Shown here in pieces: positions 44,569-54,306 of a stretch of 64,000 nucleotides of DNA. The stretch comes from an uncultured Campylobacter sp. (GTDB taxonomy: Bacteria > Campylobacterota > Campylobacteria > Campylobacterales > Campylobacteraceae). The notes under the pieces were generated by a model. The model worked only from the letters and a program-made list of their open reading frames with translations. It was not told the DNA's origin and did not search any database. Positions within the stretch are counted from its first letter, which is position 1. The number at the start of each line of letters is the position of its first letter. The stretch lies in NCBI GenBank assembly GCA_963522285.1, contig CAUQWV010000001.1, forward strand, positions 124,317 to 188,316, in the 5' to 3' direction. The position numbers were made by a program, and so were the translations under genes.

Positions 44569-46050
44569 ATGAAAAAATCGCTATTTGGCTACGGACTTAC
44601 GACCAAAGCGATCGCCGAGCACTGCCGCGACGAAGGCTGCTGGGAGATCTACGACGATAAATTTGAAATTTCTTCGGGCACGCCTAAGCTGGACGAGTTC
44701 GGTAACGCGCTTTTAAACCCGAGCGAGTTCGATCCCGCCGCAAGCGAACTTGAAATCCCAAGTCCAGGCTTTCCGCCGCATCACGAGCTGGTGCGAAAGG
44801 CGCAAAATTTAATCAGCGAATATGATTATTTCGACGATTACAAAGGCCTTAAAATTTGGATCAGCGGCACGAACGGCAAGACCACGACGACAAAGATGAT
44901 GCAGCACCTACTCGAGCGATACGGCTCGCAAATGGGCGGCAACGTGGGCGTTCCGCTTGCAAAGCTTGATAAAAGCGCCAAAATTTGGGTGCTGGAGACG
45001 AGCTCGTTTACGCTGCACTACACCAAGCACGCGCGCCCCGACATCTACGTGCTGCTTGCGATCACGCCCGATCATCTCAGCTGGCACGGCGATTTCGCGG
45101 AGTATGAGCGTGCCAAACTCTCGCCCCTGATAGCGATGCGCGAAGGCTCCGTGGCGCTGATCCCGCGCGCCTACGAAAGCTCCGCCGCCGCGCAAAACAG
45201 CCTAGCCCGCGTGATCTGCTACGAGGACGAAGCGGATCTGGCGCAAAAATTCGGCATCGATTTAGGCGAGATAAAATTCCGCACGCCGTTTTTGATAGAC
45301 GCGCTTTTGGCGCTGTGCGTGGAGAAAATTTTATTCGACAGATGCGACGCCATGCGACTAAACGACTTCGTGATCGAAGGCAATAAGCTAGAGGAGTTTA
45401 CCGACGCGCGCGGCAGAGTCTGGGTCAATGACACGAAGGCCACCAACATCGATGCGTGCGCGCAGGCGCTGAAGCGATACGCGGGGCGCAAAATACATCT
45501 GATCCTAGGCGGCGACGATAAAGGCGTGGATCTGCACCCGCTTTTTGCAGAGTTTAAAAAATACGATCTGCAAATTTACGCGATCGGCTCAAACACCGAT
45601 AAAATCATGCTTTTGTGCGACGAATACGGACTTCCTTGCGTGCGCTGTGAAATTTTACAAACGGCGGTGAGCGAAATTTCGAAGCGCTACAGAGGCGCAG
45701 ATTTTGAAAAAAGCGGCGCAAACAAATTGGAAGTACAAAATTCAAGCACGGATAGCAGGTGTGACGGCGACAGCAAGGCAAAGGAAAGCGCAAAGAACGG
45801 CAAAAATACGCTGCGCAAAGGTGGCGGCTCATCTGCCGCAGGCGACGACGCCTCTTCGCCGAAACGCCGCGCAAACGACGGCGAAACTCGGAATTCGCAG
45901 AATTCTAAAAATTTCGAAAATTTTAAAAATTCCATAAATTCTGCGAGCGAAATAGCGCTGCTAAGCCCTGCATGTGCGAGCCTGGATCAATTTAAAAGCT
46001 ACGCGCAACGCGGCGAGCTATTTAAAAAACAAGTCGCACAACTCGGATAG
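44569..46050 (+). CDS. murD: UDP-MurNAc-L-Ala--D-Glu ligase with ~85-aa insertion near the C-terminus
   Basis: SPGFP, GTNGKTTT, GGNVG, ETSSF, PDHLSWH, NDTKATN, LLSPACASLDQF; start at ATG 44569 after GGAG. Confidence 0.95.
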   Translation: MKKSLFGYGLTTKAIAEHCRDEGCWEIYDDKFEISSGTPKLDEFGNALLNPSEFDPAASELEIPSPGFPPHHELVRKAQNLISEYDYFDDYKGLKIWISGTNGKTTTTKMMQHLLERYGSQMGGNVGVPLAKLDKSAKIWVLETSSFTLHYTKHARPDIYVLLAITPDHLSWHGDFAEYERAKLSPLIAMREGSVALIPRAYESSAAAQNSLARVICYEDEADLAQKFGIDLGEIKFRTPFLIDALLALCVEKILFDRCDAMRLNDFVIEGNKLEEFTDARGRVWVNDTKATNIDACAQALKRYAGRKIHLILGGDDKGVDLHPLFAEFKKYDLQIYAIGSNTDKIMLLCDEYGLPCVRCEILQTAVSEISKRYRGADFEKSGANKLEVQNSSTDSRCDGDSKAKESAKNGKNTLRKGGGSSAAGDDASSPKRRANDGETRNSQNSKNFENFKNSINSASEIALLSPACASLDQFKSYAQRGELFKKQVAQLG

Positions 46051-46567
46051 ATAAGCATATCAAGTTTAGATAGATCAGGTCGAGCCTTTATTAATACAAT
46101 TTGTAATCGTATTTTAAAATTTCAACGCTTCTGCTGCGCGGATATCTAAATAAATTCAACCACGAAGTAAACATCCCCATGTCACACTATTAGCTCGAGC
46201 ACAATGTTTATAAAGATGCTTCGTCAAGTCCAAATTAAAGCCAATTTTCGATGCTAAATTTAACCAATCGCAGCTATCGCCTGTTATATGCGCGCAAATT
46301 TGTCTACTTTGCATAGCCTAGAATCAAGCGTATAATTTGCAAAGTCGGCTAAATAGTAAATTTATATCACTTTGCTTTTAGATTGATAGCCCTTTTTGAT
46401 TATTGCAAATTACTGCGCAAGCAATATTTTTATCACTAAAATTTAGAAAATTCCAACTGAGTAAATTTGGCTGTTTTGGAGCGCAACGTACAAAAATCTA
46501 GCGAAAATCAAGGATTTTAACCGAGATTTAAGTATTGCATGGATAAAATTACTTTTCTTTTTTAGGT

Positions 46568-46643
46568 GGTTGGATAGCTCAGTCGGTAGAGCAGCAGACT
46601 GAAAATCTGCGTGTCGGCAGTTCGATTCTGCCTCTAACCACCA
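46568..46643 (+). tRNA. tRNA-Phe (GAA)
   Basis: 76-nt cloverleaf: acceptor GGTTGGA/TCTAACC, anticodon arm GCAGA-CTGAAAA-TCTGC, T-loop GTTCGATTC, encoded CCA. Confidence 0.97.
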
Positions 46644-46696
46644 TTTCTTTATAAATCCCTATTTTATAGATATTTCAAAGCTTTAAGGTTTGGCTA

Positions 46697-46716
46697 GGTA
46701 CCATCTTGGGTGCCAT
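46697..46716 (+). repeat. Tandem GGT(A/G)CCAT, candidate integrase arm-type sites
   Basis: GGTACCAT 46697-46704 and GGTGCCAT 46709-46716, ~55 nt after the tRNA 3' end. Confidence 0.4.
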
Positions 46717-47393
46717 ATATTATCGTTTTTAAATTTTATTTTCGCACTCCTCAACCAATACAAGAACGACCTTGGACTTTTTTTGTTAAATCTTAAAATG
46801 AATTAAGTTTTATAATAGGTGACTAAATCTAATTTCTCTTGTCTGTTCTTCTGCAATCATTAACCACAAATCATATTTTAGGCAAATCAATAAACGCGCA
46901 AGAATATTGATTTTTATAAGATAAAAGCAAACAACCAAATGATTATTAATTTTTATCAAGATTAATTGGATTAATTTACCCACAATACAAATATTCTCAT
47001 CCCACAAATATTACAGATATTACAAATAAAGATTTGTAAAAAACTTGCATCCATATAAAGCAAACACAGTACTCAAGTAATCAAATCTTACATAAATTAC
47101 AAATAATACAAGTATTTATACGTTACATATTTTACATATTGGACTGATTGCACATAGATTGAGTGGAGCACATGGATAGATTACATGCGGTACTACGGAT
47201 AATACAGATATGCGTATCCTATACATCCTGCAGATTTGACAAATACAAAAATGCTATAGGTATTTTTGTTTTTCACGTATTACAAATCATACGGATGCAC
47301 ACAGCAACTATTATCAAAAATAAATTTTACGTTTTTACCGGGCGAGCATACTATTTGTACTACGGATTTCACCCGCAATACAAATCATACTCG

Positions 47394-47460
47394 TTAGGGG
47401 GAGCCCCCCCTAAAACCCCTGACTTGGCTAAATTTGATAGCTAAGTGGCAGCTGTCAAAT
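47394..47460 (+). other. Candidate oriT (ColE1 bom-like)
   Basis: Hairpin TTAGGGGG-agcc-CCCCCTAA, inverted repeat ACTTGGCTA/TAGCTAAGT, then GATAGCtaAGTGgcagCTGtC. Confidence 0.5.
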
Positions 47461-48200
47461 TTGTACGTTTTTGCATCAGCACTATATGCAACATAAGTAG
47501 TTTGTGTAATGTATGTACTATTATATAATCATCGCCATCCGTTCTTTGAACAAACTGAGGCATAATTTCATTATTTAGTATATATACGTAAGCACGACCA
47601 TAGCCCTTAAGTAAATTTATAATCTTACAAATCTTTTTCTTTTGCTAAAAGCATTTTATGTTTTATTATACTACATGCTTATTTCTATGCCTTTTAAAAA
47701 CAACATCAATAATCTCAATATTATAAGCCGACTTAGTAATTATCGAGCACATCTTTTCCCGCCCTTGCGTGCACATAGTGGCGCCAAATACCCTAAGCAT
47801 ATAGACAGCCTTCGATTACACATAGAAAATCAAACACTAGCCTGTTTGAATATCAAATGTGATCACGGCAAGCTTACTTAAGTTTTTAGTCATTAATTAA
47901 TACAAAGCTATTTTTGTTCTATCCAGGAAAATATTCCTAAAGCTTTTTTCGTAGAAAATATAACATCATTCATTTGACAGTATTTGAGCGATAAATCCAT
48001 TAGGTGACGACACAAAGGTGCACTAAAAACACCACTTAAATCCATGCAAGTACGAGTTTCTTGTGTCTATATAGCTTACCGGTTTTATAACTTTTAGGCA
48101 GAATTTGCATCTGTCAAATACACATCTGCCGCTAGCTATTAACTTAAAAAAGAGCCTTTACCTATTGATGTAGATTTTTCAGAGATAGGACCAATCATTT

Positions 48201-49238
48201 TTACTTATTTTCTAAAATTTCACAAAGTAGCCAACCAAACGGCTGTTTATTTATAAGCCAAGCTGTCGTCTCTTCCTCTTGGATAGATGGTTTTTCCCTG
48301 CCTCTCATGATTTTTATCCTTCTGGCGCCATCTACCGTAACGGCCTTTGCGCCACTATGCTTACCCACTCGTAATAAAAATTGATTACCGACAGGTTTAA
48401 AATTCTCATATTTTTCGATAAATTTATCAGATAGAGCTTCTCGAGTAAATTCGTCCGTTTCATAGCTAAACTGAGAGGCAAATATCGGCATATAGTGAGA
48501 GTTGCAAGCTTTTATTAGCTCTTCTATGCCAAATTTATTATTTTTTATCGTAAATGTTGTTTTAAATTCGCTTTTTGAGTTTATCGCCTCGTATCTTACC
48601 GGTATGCCTTGACTTACATTTTGATCTCTTGAGGCTCTGTTTCTTTTTATATTTGTAGCAACAGAAGCAAAAGTATGAGACTCTATCACCTCGCTATCAG
48701 CTACCAGAAAATCACTAAAATACTCTTTTGTATCATAACTTTTACTCTTTTTTAAAAGCATTTAACCAAAGGCCGTAGCTATAGCACCCTTTAGTGAGCT
48801 TCCTGGGATTATAGCTTTTTTTAAATTTGGAGATATAAGCGTCTTTTCGACAACTAGTTGGTTTATGACTTTTTTGCCGCCACCTTCTCTTTGAACGACT
48901 TTGCCTATTTTGTCATCATAGTCTTCTGCGATGTTTTTTAGTGCCTGTATTTTATAATAAGACACTTTTCTTGCCAAAGAGCTCTTCTCTTTTATAAATT
49001 TTTGCAGCTTCAATATACCATTAACATTAGTGTCTGAGGCTATTTTCATAAATTCATCTTTAGACTTATCGTCAAGTCTTTTAAAAAAATCAAATTCATC
49101 AAAAACATACATATAGTATTTATCGTCCAGACCTTTGTCTATGACGTAGTTCATAGGCTCATAGGCCTCACCGGTGCCTATGTGTATCGGACTGAGCGGC
49201 TTTAGTTTTATTTTATAGTTTCTGGTTTCATTGTGCAT
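48201..49238 (-). pseudogene. csm5: Csm5 RAMP split by an in-frame TAA (48762-48764)
   Basis: LSPIHIGTG, IPGSSLKGAIATA, LLRVGKHSG, PFGW; the two ORFs are in the same frame. Confidence 0.88.
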
Positions 49239-50115
49239 TTTTTATCTCCGTAGCTATTAGTATGCTATATCCTTGGTGCACCGTATTTGCGTTTGTGGAG
49301 TGTCCGCTTATGGCCTTTCCTATATATTCTTTCTCGTAAATTTCTTCATATACCACCACGCTACCGCTATCGGCCATTAGGATCGGGTTTTTAAAAGGAT
49401 TTGTATTTGCAAGTCCTCCGCCATGTTTGCCAAATCTAGTAAAAGGCTCATAGTAAAATTCTTTTAAATTTTCATCATCTATCACGACTGGACTAAGCGT
49501 CATAAAGGCATTTGAGTTATTTTTTACGGATACCTTTTCAAACGCGCTATACTCAAACGCTCCTTTGCCTATGCTAGCTCTCTTGCCGTAGCCGCTTTTA
49601 GATATAAGCTCAAATGCCGTTTCTAATTCTTTGAGTTCAAATTTATCATCTAGCAAAAAATAAATATCTTGTTTGCCTAATTTTATCTCCATTAAAGCAT
49701 AAGGCGCGAATTTACCGCTGTCATCTGTTGTAAATGTGAGATAATTTATGGAATTTTTGATCGTAGCTGTCTTTTTAAGCTCGTAGCCGATCTCATAGCT
49801 TGTTTTAGCATTTTTGAAATTTCCGCTTTGCAGATCCTCCATGCTAAGCCAAATTTTCTTTCTATTTTCTTTTTTTAGCTCCAAATTTTCGCCCAAAAGA
49901 TGACTTGGCATGCTGGGCTTTGACACATATCCGCTAGCAAAACCGTCAGATACTATCAAAAATGGCTTTTTGTCGTAGTCACTTAGCAGTTCATTTAACC
50001 TATCTTCTCCGAGTCTATATCTGATCGCCCAGCAAATTTGTCCAAACAAAGTATCGCCCTTTAGTGGCGTTGTAAAATTTGACTTGGGCGTTATGGCAGT
50101 TTTATAAAGCGTCAT
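49228..50115 (-). CDS. csm4: Type III-A Csm4 (Cas5-group RAMP)
   Basis: KGDTLFGQICW, FLIVSDGF, GYGKRASIGKG; TAATG coupling to csm3. Confidence 0.92.
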   Translation of the reverse strand: MTLYKTAITPKSNFTTPLKGDTLFGQICWAIRYRLGEDRLNELLSDYDKKPFLIVSDGFASGYVSKPSMPSHLLGENLELKKENRKKIWLSMEDLQSGNFKNAKTSYEIGYELKKTATIKNSINYLTFTTDDSGKFAPYALMEIKLGKQDIYFLLDDKFELKELETAFELISKSGYGKRASIGKGAFEYSAFEKVSVKNNSNAFMTLSPVVIDDENLKEFYYEPFTRFGKHGGGLANTNPFKNPILMADSGSVVVYEEIYEKEYIGKAISGHSTNANTVHQGYSILIATEIKNAQ

Positions 50116-50753
50116 TATTCCCACCTTAAATTTGTAAATTCAACCCTTCCGTAACCCCTTGAGCCACTACCGCCTAGATAGTCGTTTTGTATTAGCTTAA
50201 GTCCGCTCTCAACCATCTCTTTTAACTCGTTTTCGTTGTCGCTATAAGGCTCTTTTTCATCAAAAACTTTTAGTCTGATAACAAGGTCAAATTTCACTCC
50301 AGCTGGCACACGCTCGATCTGGCGAGGATGCTCGGCAGTTCCGCTTTCCCTATTGATCACGTTTTCATATTTTGCTTCGCTTAGTTTTAGCCCTTCGCTC
50401 TCTTTAGACAACAAACAATCTCCAACGCTTATTCTAGTAATACCAAATTTATTCTCTTCATCGCCAAAAATTTTTAGTAAATTTTGTGCCACTTTTTTAT
50501 CTGGCTCTGGTACTTTTTCTAAAATTTTAGAGTTAAAGACCTCTCCTTCGCCATATCCAACTAACCTATTATTCCACTCTAGCAAGCTCCTCATTTTGCC
50601 TTTTAGCGAGCTTCCAGGGATGTAAGGCTTATTTGTGTTTATATCTTTTATCACCTGCGAGTCTATGCCGCCTATCTTCATAGTATCATCGCCGCCACCT
50701 ATATGAAGTCCGCTTAAAAGCTCTATTTGTCCCTTTAAAGTTAAAATTTTCAT
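50115..50753 (-). CDS. csm3: Type III-A Csm3 (Cas7-group RNase)
   Basis: SGLHIGG, IGGIDSQV (catalytic Asp position), PYIPGSSLKGKMRSLLE, YLGGSGSRGYGRV. Confidence 0.95.
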   Translation of the reverse strand: MKILTLKGQIELLSGLHIGGGDDTMKIGGIDSQVIKDINTNKPYIPGSSLKGKMRSLLEWNNRLVGYGEGEVFNSKILEKVPEPDKKVAQNLLKIFGDEENKFGITRISVGDCLLSKESEGLKLSEAKYENVINRESGTAEHPRQIERVPAGVKFDLVIRLKVFDEKEPYSDNENELKEMVESGLKLIQNDYLGGSGSRGYGRVEFTNLRWE

Positions 50754-50762
50754 ATTCTCTCC

Positions 50763-51170
50763 TTATTTTTTAGCAAAGCCTATAACGGCCTCAAAAAAGA
50801 GTTTAAACACCCTCAGATCATCTTTTGTCTTTACTTGAGCCACACATTTATTTATCATCTCGACAAATTCATCGCTTGAACATTTTCTTGACTTAGAGTA
50901 AGCCGCTTTTGAATTTAGCATCTTTACAAATGGCAAAACTTCGCTAAAGTCCTCGCTATTTGACTTTTGCTCTAGCTCGATTATGTAGTCATAAAATGCT
51001 CTTATCTGAGTAGCTTTTGTTCTAGCAGAGACTAGATCAGCGACGCTCTTTGCTGTTTCGTCAAACAAATTTGGATTTTTCTTGTAGTCCAAAACTATCG
51101 GCGGTAAAAAGTCAGCTTGCGGTTTATTACCGGCATTATAGTTGCCGCCGCCACTTCTATATCCATTCAT
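50763..51170 (-). CDS. csm2: Type III-A small subunit Csm2
   Basis: TQIRAFYD, KAAYSKSR, FKLFFEAVIGF. Confidence 0.92.
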   Translation of the reverse strand: MNGYRSGGGNYNAGNKPQADFLPPIVLDYKKNPNLFDETAKSVADLVSARTKATQIRAFYDYIIELEQKSNSEDFSEVLPFVKMLNSKAAYSKSRKCSSDEFVEMINKCVAQVKTKDDLRVFKLFFEAVIGFAKK

Positions 51171-52673
51171 CGTTCTCTCCTTTTATATATGTATTCACAA
51201 ATAGCCATTTTGCTCTCCTTTGGATTGTTTTCTATCACATTGTTTAGCATAAGAAGTAGCTCATTCATCTCGCCGCCACCTTGCATATTTCGAGTAAGCT
51301 ATAGCTTAGCTTTGACTTCCACATCGTATTTTTTACATCCTCGCATACGTTTTTGCTCATTTCGCAAAGCTCAAGCAGTCTATACAAAAACGCCGTATTG
51401 TCTATATTAAATTTAGTAAATTCATCTAAAATTTGACCTCTGACGCTTAAATAGCTATCCCACTTGGCAGTCTCTCCAAAGATACTAATCGCATCTTTTC
51501 CCGTCATCTCTTTTGAGCTCTCCAGCCACTTTTCGCTAGTTTGCGCTAGAAAGCTTATCGGCGTGGACGGTTTTGCTAAAACGATGCCAAAAGAGATACT
51601 TAGATCCTTTGTTTTTATAAATTTCATAAACTCTTGCCTTACAAAAACAGCAAGCTCTATCATCTGGTCATAGCTACCAACTATCAGTAGGTCGTCTCCG
51701 CCTGCAAAGACCGTATAGCTATTTTCAAATTTCTCTTTCATCTTTCTTGGCACATATAAAGAGAAAAGTTATTTATCCCTTTTGAAAATGTGTCAAAATT
51801 TGCAAAGCTTTGCGTAACGTCGCTATGTTTTATGAAATTTCCCATATTATCCACGTCAGCTTTTATAACGGCGATCGCATTATCTCCGCGCGATTTTTTA
51901 GCCAAATCTTCAAAGTCCACTATGCTGCCCGCATTTTTAGCAACGTATGATCTTATATTTTCGCTTATCTCAAGATCCACGTCCATAAAGTCTATGCCTA
52001 TATCTTTGCTGTTTATCTTCTTGCCATTGCTAGCCAGCTTTTCACCAAGACGCACAAAAGCGGCACAAATTTCGCATTTATCCTTGTCGTAAGCTATCTT
52101 TCTTATATTGCAAATCCTGCAAAGAGTTTGATTTGTTATGCCCTTGTCATAAGATAGCACCGGTTCTTGCTCTTTTAAATTTAACTTTTTAAATTTCTCT
52201 AGCTCCACAGCCTTGCTGATCTTGTCCCTTAGCTCTTTATATTGCTGTGGCTCCGTAAAGTCAGCCCTTTTGCACTCCACGCAAGATAGGCTAACACCGC
52301 TAACGCCAAAGAAATTTTTTATAAAATAAGCGTTTATAACGCCTTTTATCTCTTCAAAAGTCGCTTCGTCAAATTTAGGCGATAGCATCTCAAATTTACC
52401 GGCCGTACACGATAAGATACATTTTTCATCTATGCCCAGTTTTTGGCAGACAAATTTAGCCAAGACCATCATGAAAAGCTCGCAGAACGCAGACTTTGCC
52501 CTTAGCACCTTAGCCGCGTTTTTTGAGCCTAGGTTGTCAAATATAAATTTTTGTATCCCGTAAAAGTCTCCGCCCATTAAAAACATCCTATCTTGCAATA
52601 TCTCATCTATACTCTTAGGGTCTTGCTCCAAATTCGCGAAATCATCGTTAAAATAACTGCTAAATTTGTTCAT
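51167..52673 (-). pseudogene. cas10: Compact Cas10/Csm1 lacking the HD domain; two single-base frameshifts
   Basis: GGDFYGIQKFIF, CRIC..CEIC, KADVDNMG, YTVFAGGDD. Adding one base at 51764-51767 and one at 51296-51297 gives ~502 aa ending in an ATGA overlap with csm2. Confidence 0.9.
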
Positions 52674-53496
52674 TCATATCCTCCGTTTTTATTTTCCCTA
52701 GTCCAAAAACAGTCTGCTTGCCTACGCCTATTATCTCACCTAGCTTTAGTAGCTCCATACACTCTTTGCTAACGCCTCTTATCTCCAAAGACCCCACCAA
52801 GCCGCCAAAATTCATAGTAGTGTTTTGTCTGTTGCTGCGCCTAGTTAGCTCCACGTATTTTAGGTCTTTTTTAGTTATCTCGCCTTTTATCTCGCACGCT
52901 AACGCCTCATGACCTTGCCCAAAGAGACCAAGCCTTCTTTGGTAGATGGAGTTTAGTATCTCTTTTAGACTTATATTGTCATTTTTTAAAAAAACATTAT
53001 CTTTTTTTATCCTAAGCGGAGTTATAAATTTGACCCTGACATCGCCTCCGTCACCATCAAAGCTAAATTCTCTCACGTACTCTTTAGGTAGACTTATTTT
53101 ATCCTCCGCCAAGCACGCCTCACCATTTACAAACATATCAAATTTCTCATACCTAACCCTATCTTTGCCAAGACCATATCTCTCTAGCATCATATAGGCC
53201 GCAGAGGCGATATATGGTAGTTTTTCGCACGCGCTCTCTAGCAAAACTATACCAAAGTCATACTCTTTGGCCCCTAGCTCAAAGTCCAGCCTATATCTAT
53301 GGTAGCTATTTTTCTTTTCATAAAAGTCGAAATACAGACAGCTCTCACTTGCAAAGCACTCGTCGCACTTATGCATGTGATTTATACAGCTCACGCTTTT
53401 TAGCGCATATCCAAAGGCTCCTCTCACCTGCGAACCGATAAAAAATGGCAGCTTTTGTGATGGTTCAAATTTTACTCTAAGCTCGGTGTATCTCAT
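52660..53496 (-). CDS. cas6: Cas6 crRNA-processing endoribonuclease
   Basis: GSQVRGAFGYAL, Cys cluster, FITPLRIK, G-rich loop GEIIGVGKQTVFGLG. Confidence 0.93.
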   Translation of the reverse strand: MRYTELRVKFEPSQKLPFFIGSQVRGAFGYALKSVSCINHMHKCDECFASESCLYFDFYEKKNSYHRYRLDFELGAKEYDFGIVLLESACEKLPYIASAAYMMLERYGLGKDRVRYEKFDMFVNGEACLAEDKISLPKEYVREFSFDGDGGDVRVKFITPLRIKKDNVFLKNDNISLKEILNSIYQRRLGLFGQGHEALACEIKGEITKKDLKYVELTRRSNRQNTTMNFGGLVGSLEIRGVSKECMELLKLGEIIGVGKQTVFGLGKIKTEDMNEQI

Positions 53497-53697
53497 CTAC
53501 ACCACCTATTTTCACACAGTCAAAAAGCTCGCCCGCCATGATCTCTTTTACGCCTTTTTTGCATTTGTTTTTATGAAATTTTTAAGATTGGATATAAATT
53601 TATCGAGATTCTGTAGTTCTAACGGCACGCCAAGACTATCCCTTGCAGCCCTTAGCTCGCGAGAAAATATCAAAATCATACTAGTTTCATTATTCAC
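53477..53697 (-). pseudogene. Small ORF heading the cas6-csm operon (49 aa as read, ~73 aa with one extra A)
   Basis: GTG at 53697 below a minus-strand TATAAT (53725-53730); the repaired frame overlaps the cas6 start. Confidence 0.45.
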
Positions 53698-53818
53698 TTT
53701 ACCGCTCGATTTTTAATTTCTGTTATTATACATAAATTAAAAATAAATGTTTATGATTTTTAAGTTTTCTGCTTAAAAATTATTATTTTTTATGTACGCT
53801 CATATCTATTCTATTTAA

Positions 53819-53973
53819 ATTTTAGATTTGCGAGATTTATTAGCTGAAATTTGAGCTTTTTTGGTTAAAATCTCTCAGAGCAAGTTTATGAACTTACAAA
53901 AAAGATTTATAAACTTATCTAAAATGATAAATGCCTATTAAACAAATTTGAGCCGATCTAGGGGACTATAATG
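53819..53973 (+). CRISPR. Shortened leader copy plus a solitary degenerate CRISPR repeat
   Basis: 53938-53968 matches 57266-57296 at 29/31; 53819-53871 matches 56845-56897 at 49/53; 53920-53936 is identical to 57076-57092. Confidence 0.7.
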
Positions 53974-53980
53974 CTATAAT
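53972..53980 (+). promoter_or_regulatory. Extended -10 element (TGCTATAAT), candidate promoter for RT-cas1-cas2
   Basis: TGnTATAAT immediately after the solitary repeat. Confidence 0.45.
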
Positions 53981-54306
53981 GACAGCAAAAGGTGCAAACG
54001 GCAAAAATACCGATCAACCCGATAAGCATTGAAAGTAAAAATTGCAGATAAGACGTAGCCGATCATGAAGTCGGCGCCAAATTAGAAATTTATCGCTAGA
54101 GCCTTATAAGAATACTTAGGAATTGATAGATTATTCTTAGCGGGAATGCAAAAATCAATTTGGAAAGAGCTGTTATGAGACTTTTTAGCAGGGATAAAAG
54201 GATGGCTTTAGGCACACATGAAACAAAAAGAAAATAACAACCTAGCAAAGTTTACCACACATATAGATAATAGAAAAACTCTATCTATTTAAAGGCGGGC
54301 ATCAAT

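Noticed and set aside
47397..47410. Phase-variable poly-G/C tract
   Set aside because: Short runs forming a hairpin in non-coding DNA; better explained as part of the oriT candidate
47460..48200. Csm6/Csx1 or another effector downstream of csm5
   Set aside because: Minus-strand translation gives only short broken frames with no CARF or HEPN motif; the plus-strand ORF 47642-47881 lacks support
53974..54200. A multi-unit degenerate CRISPR array
   Set aside because: Repeat-like fragments are too weak and not regularly spaced; only the first repeat is supportable
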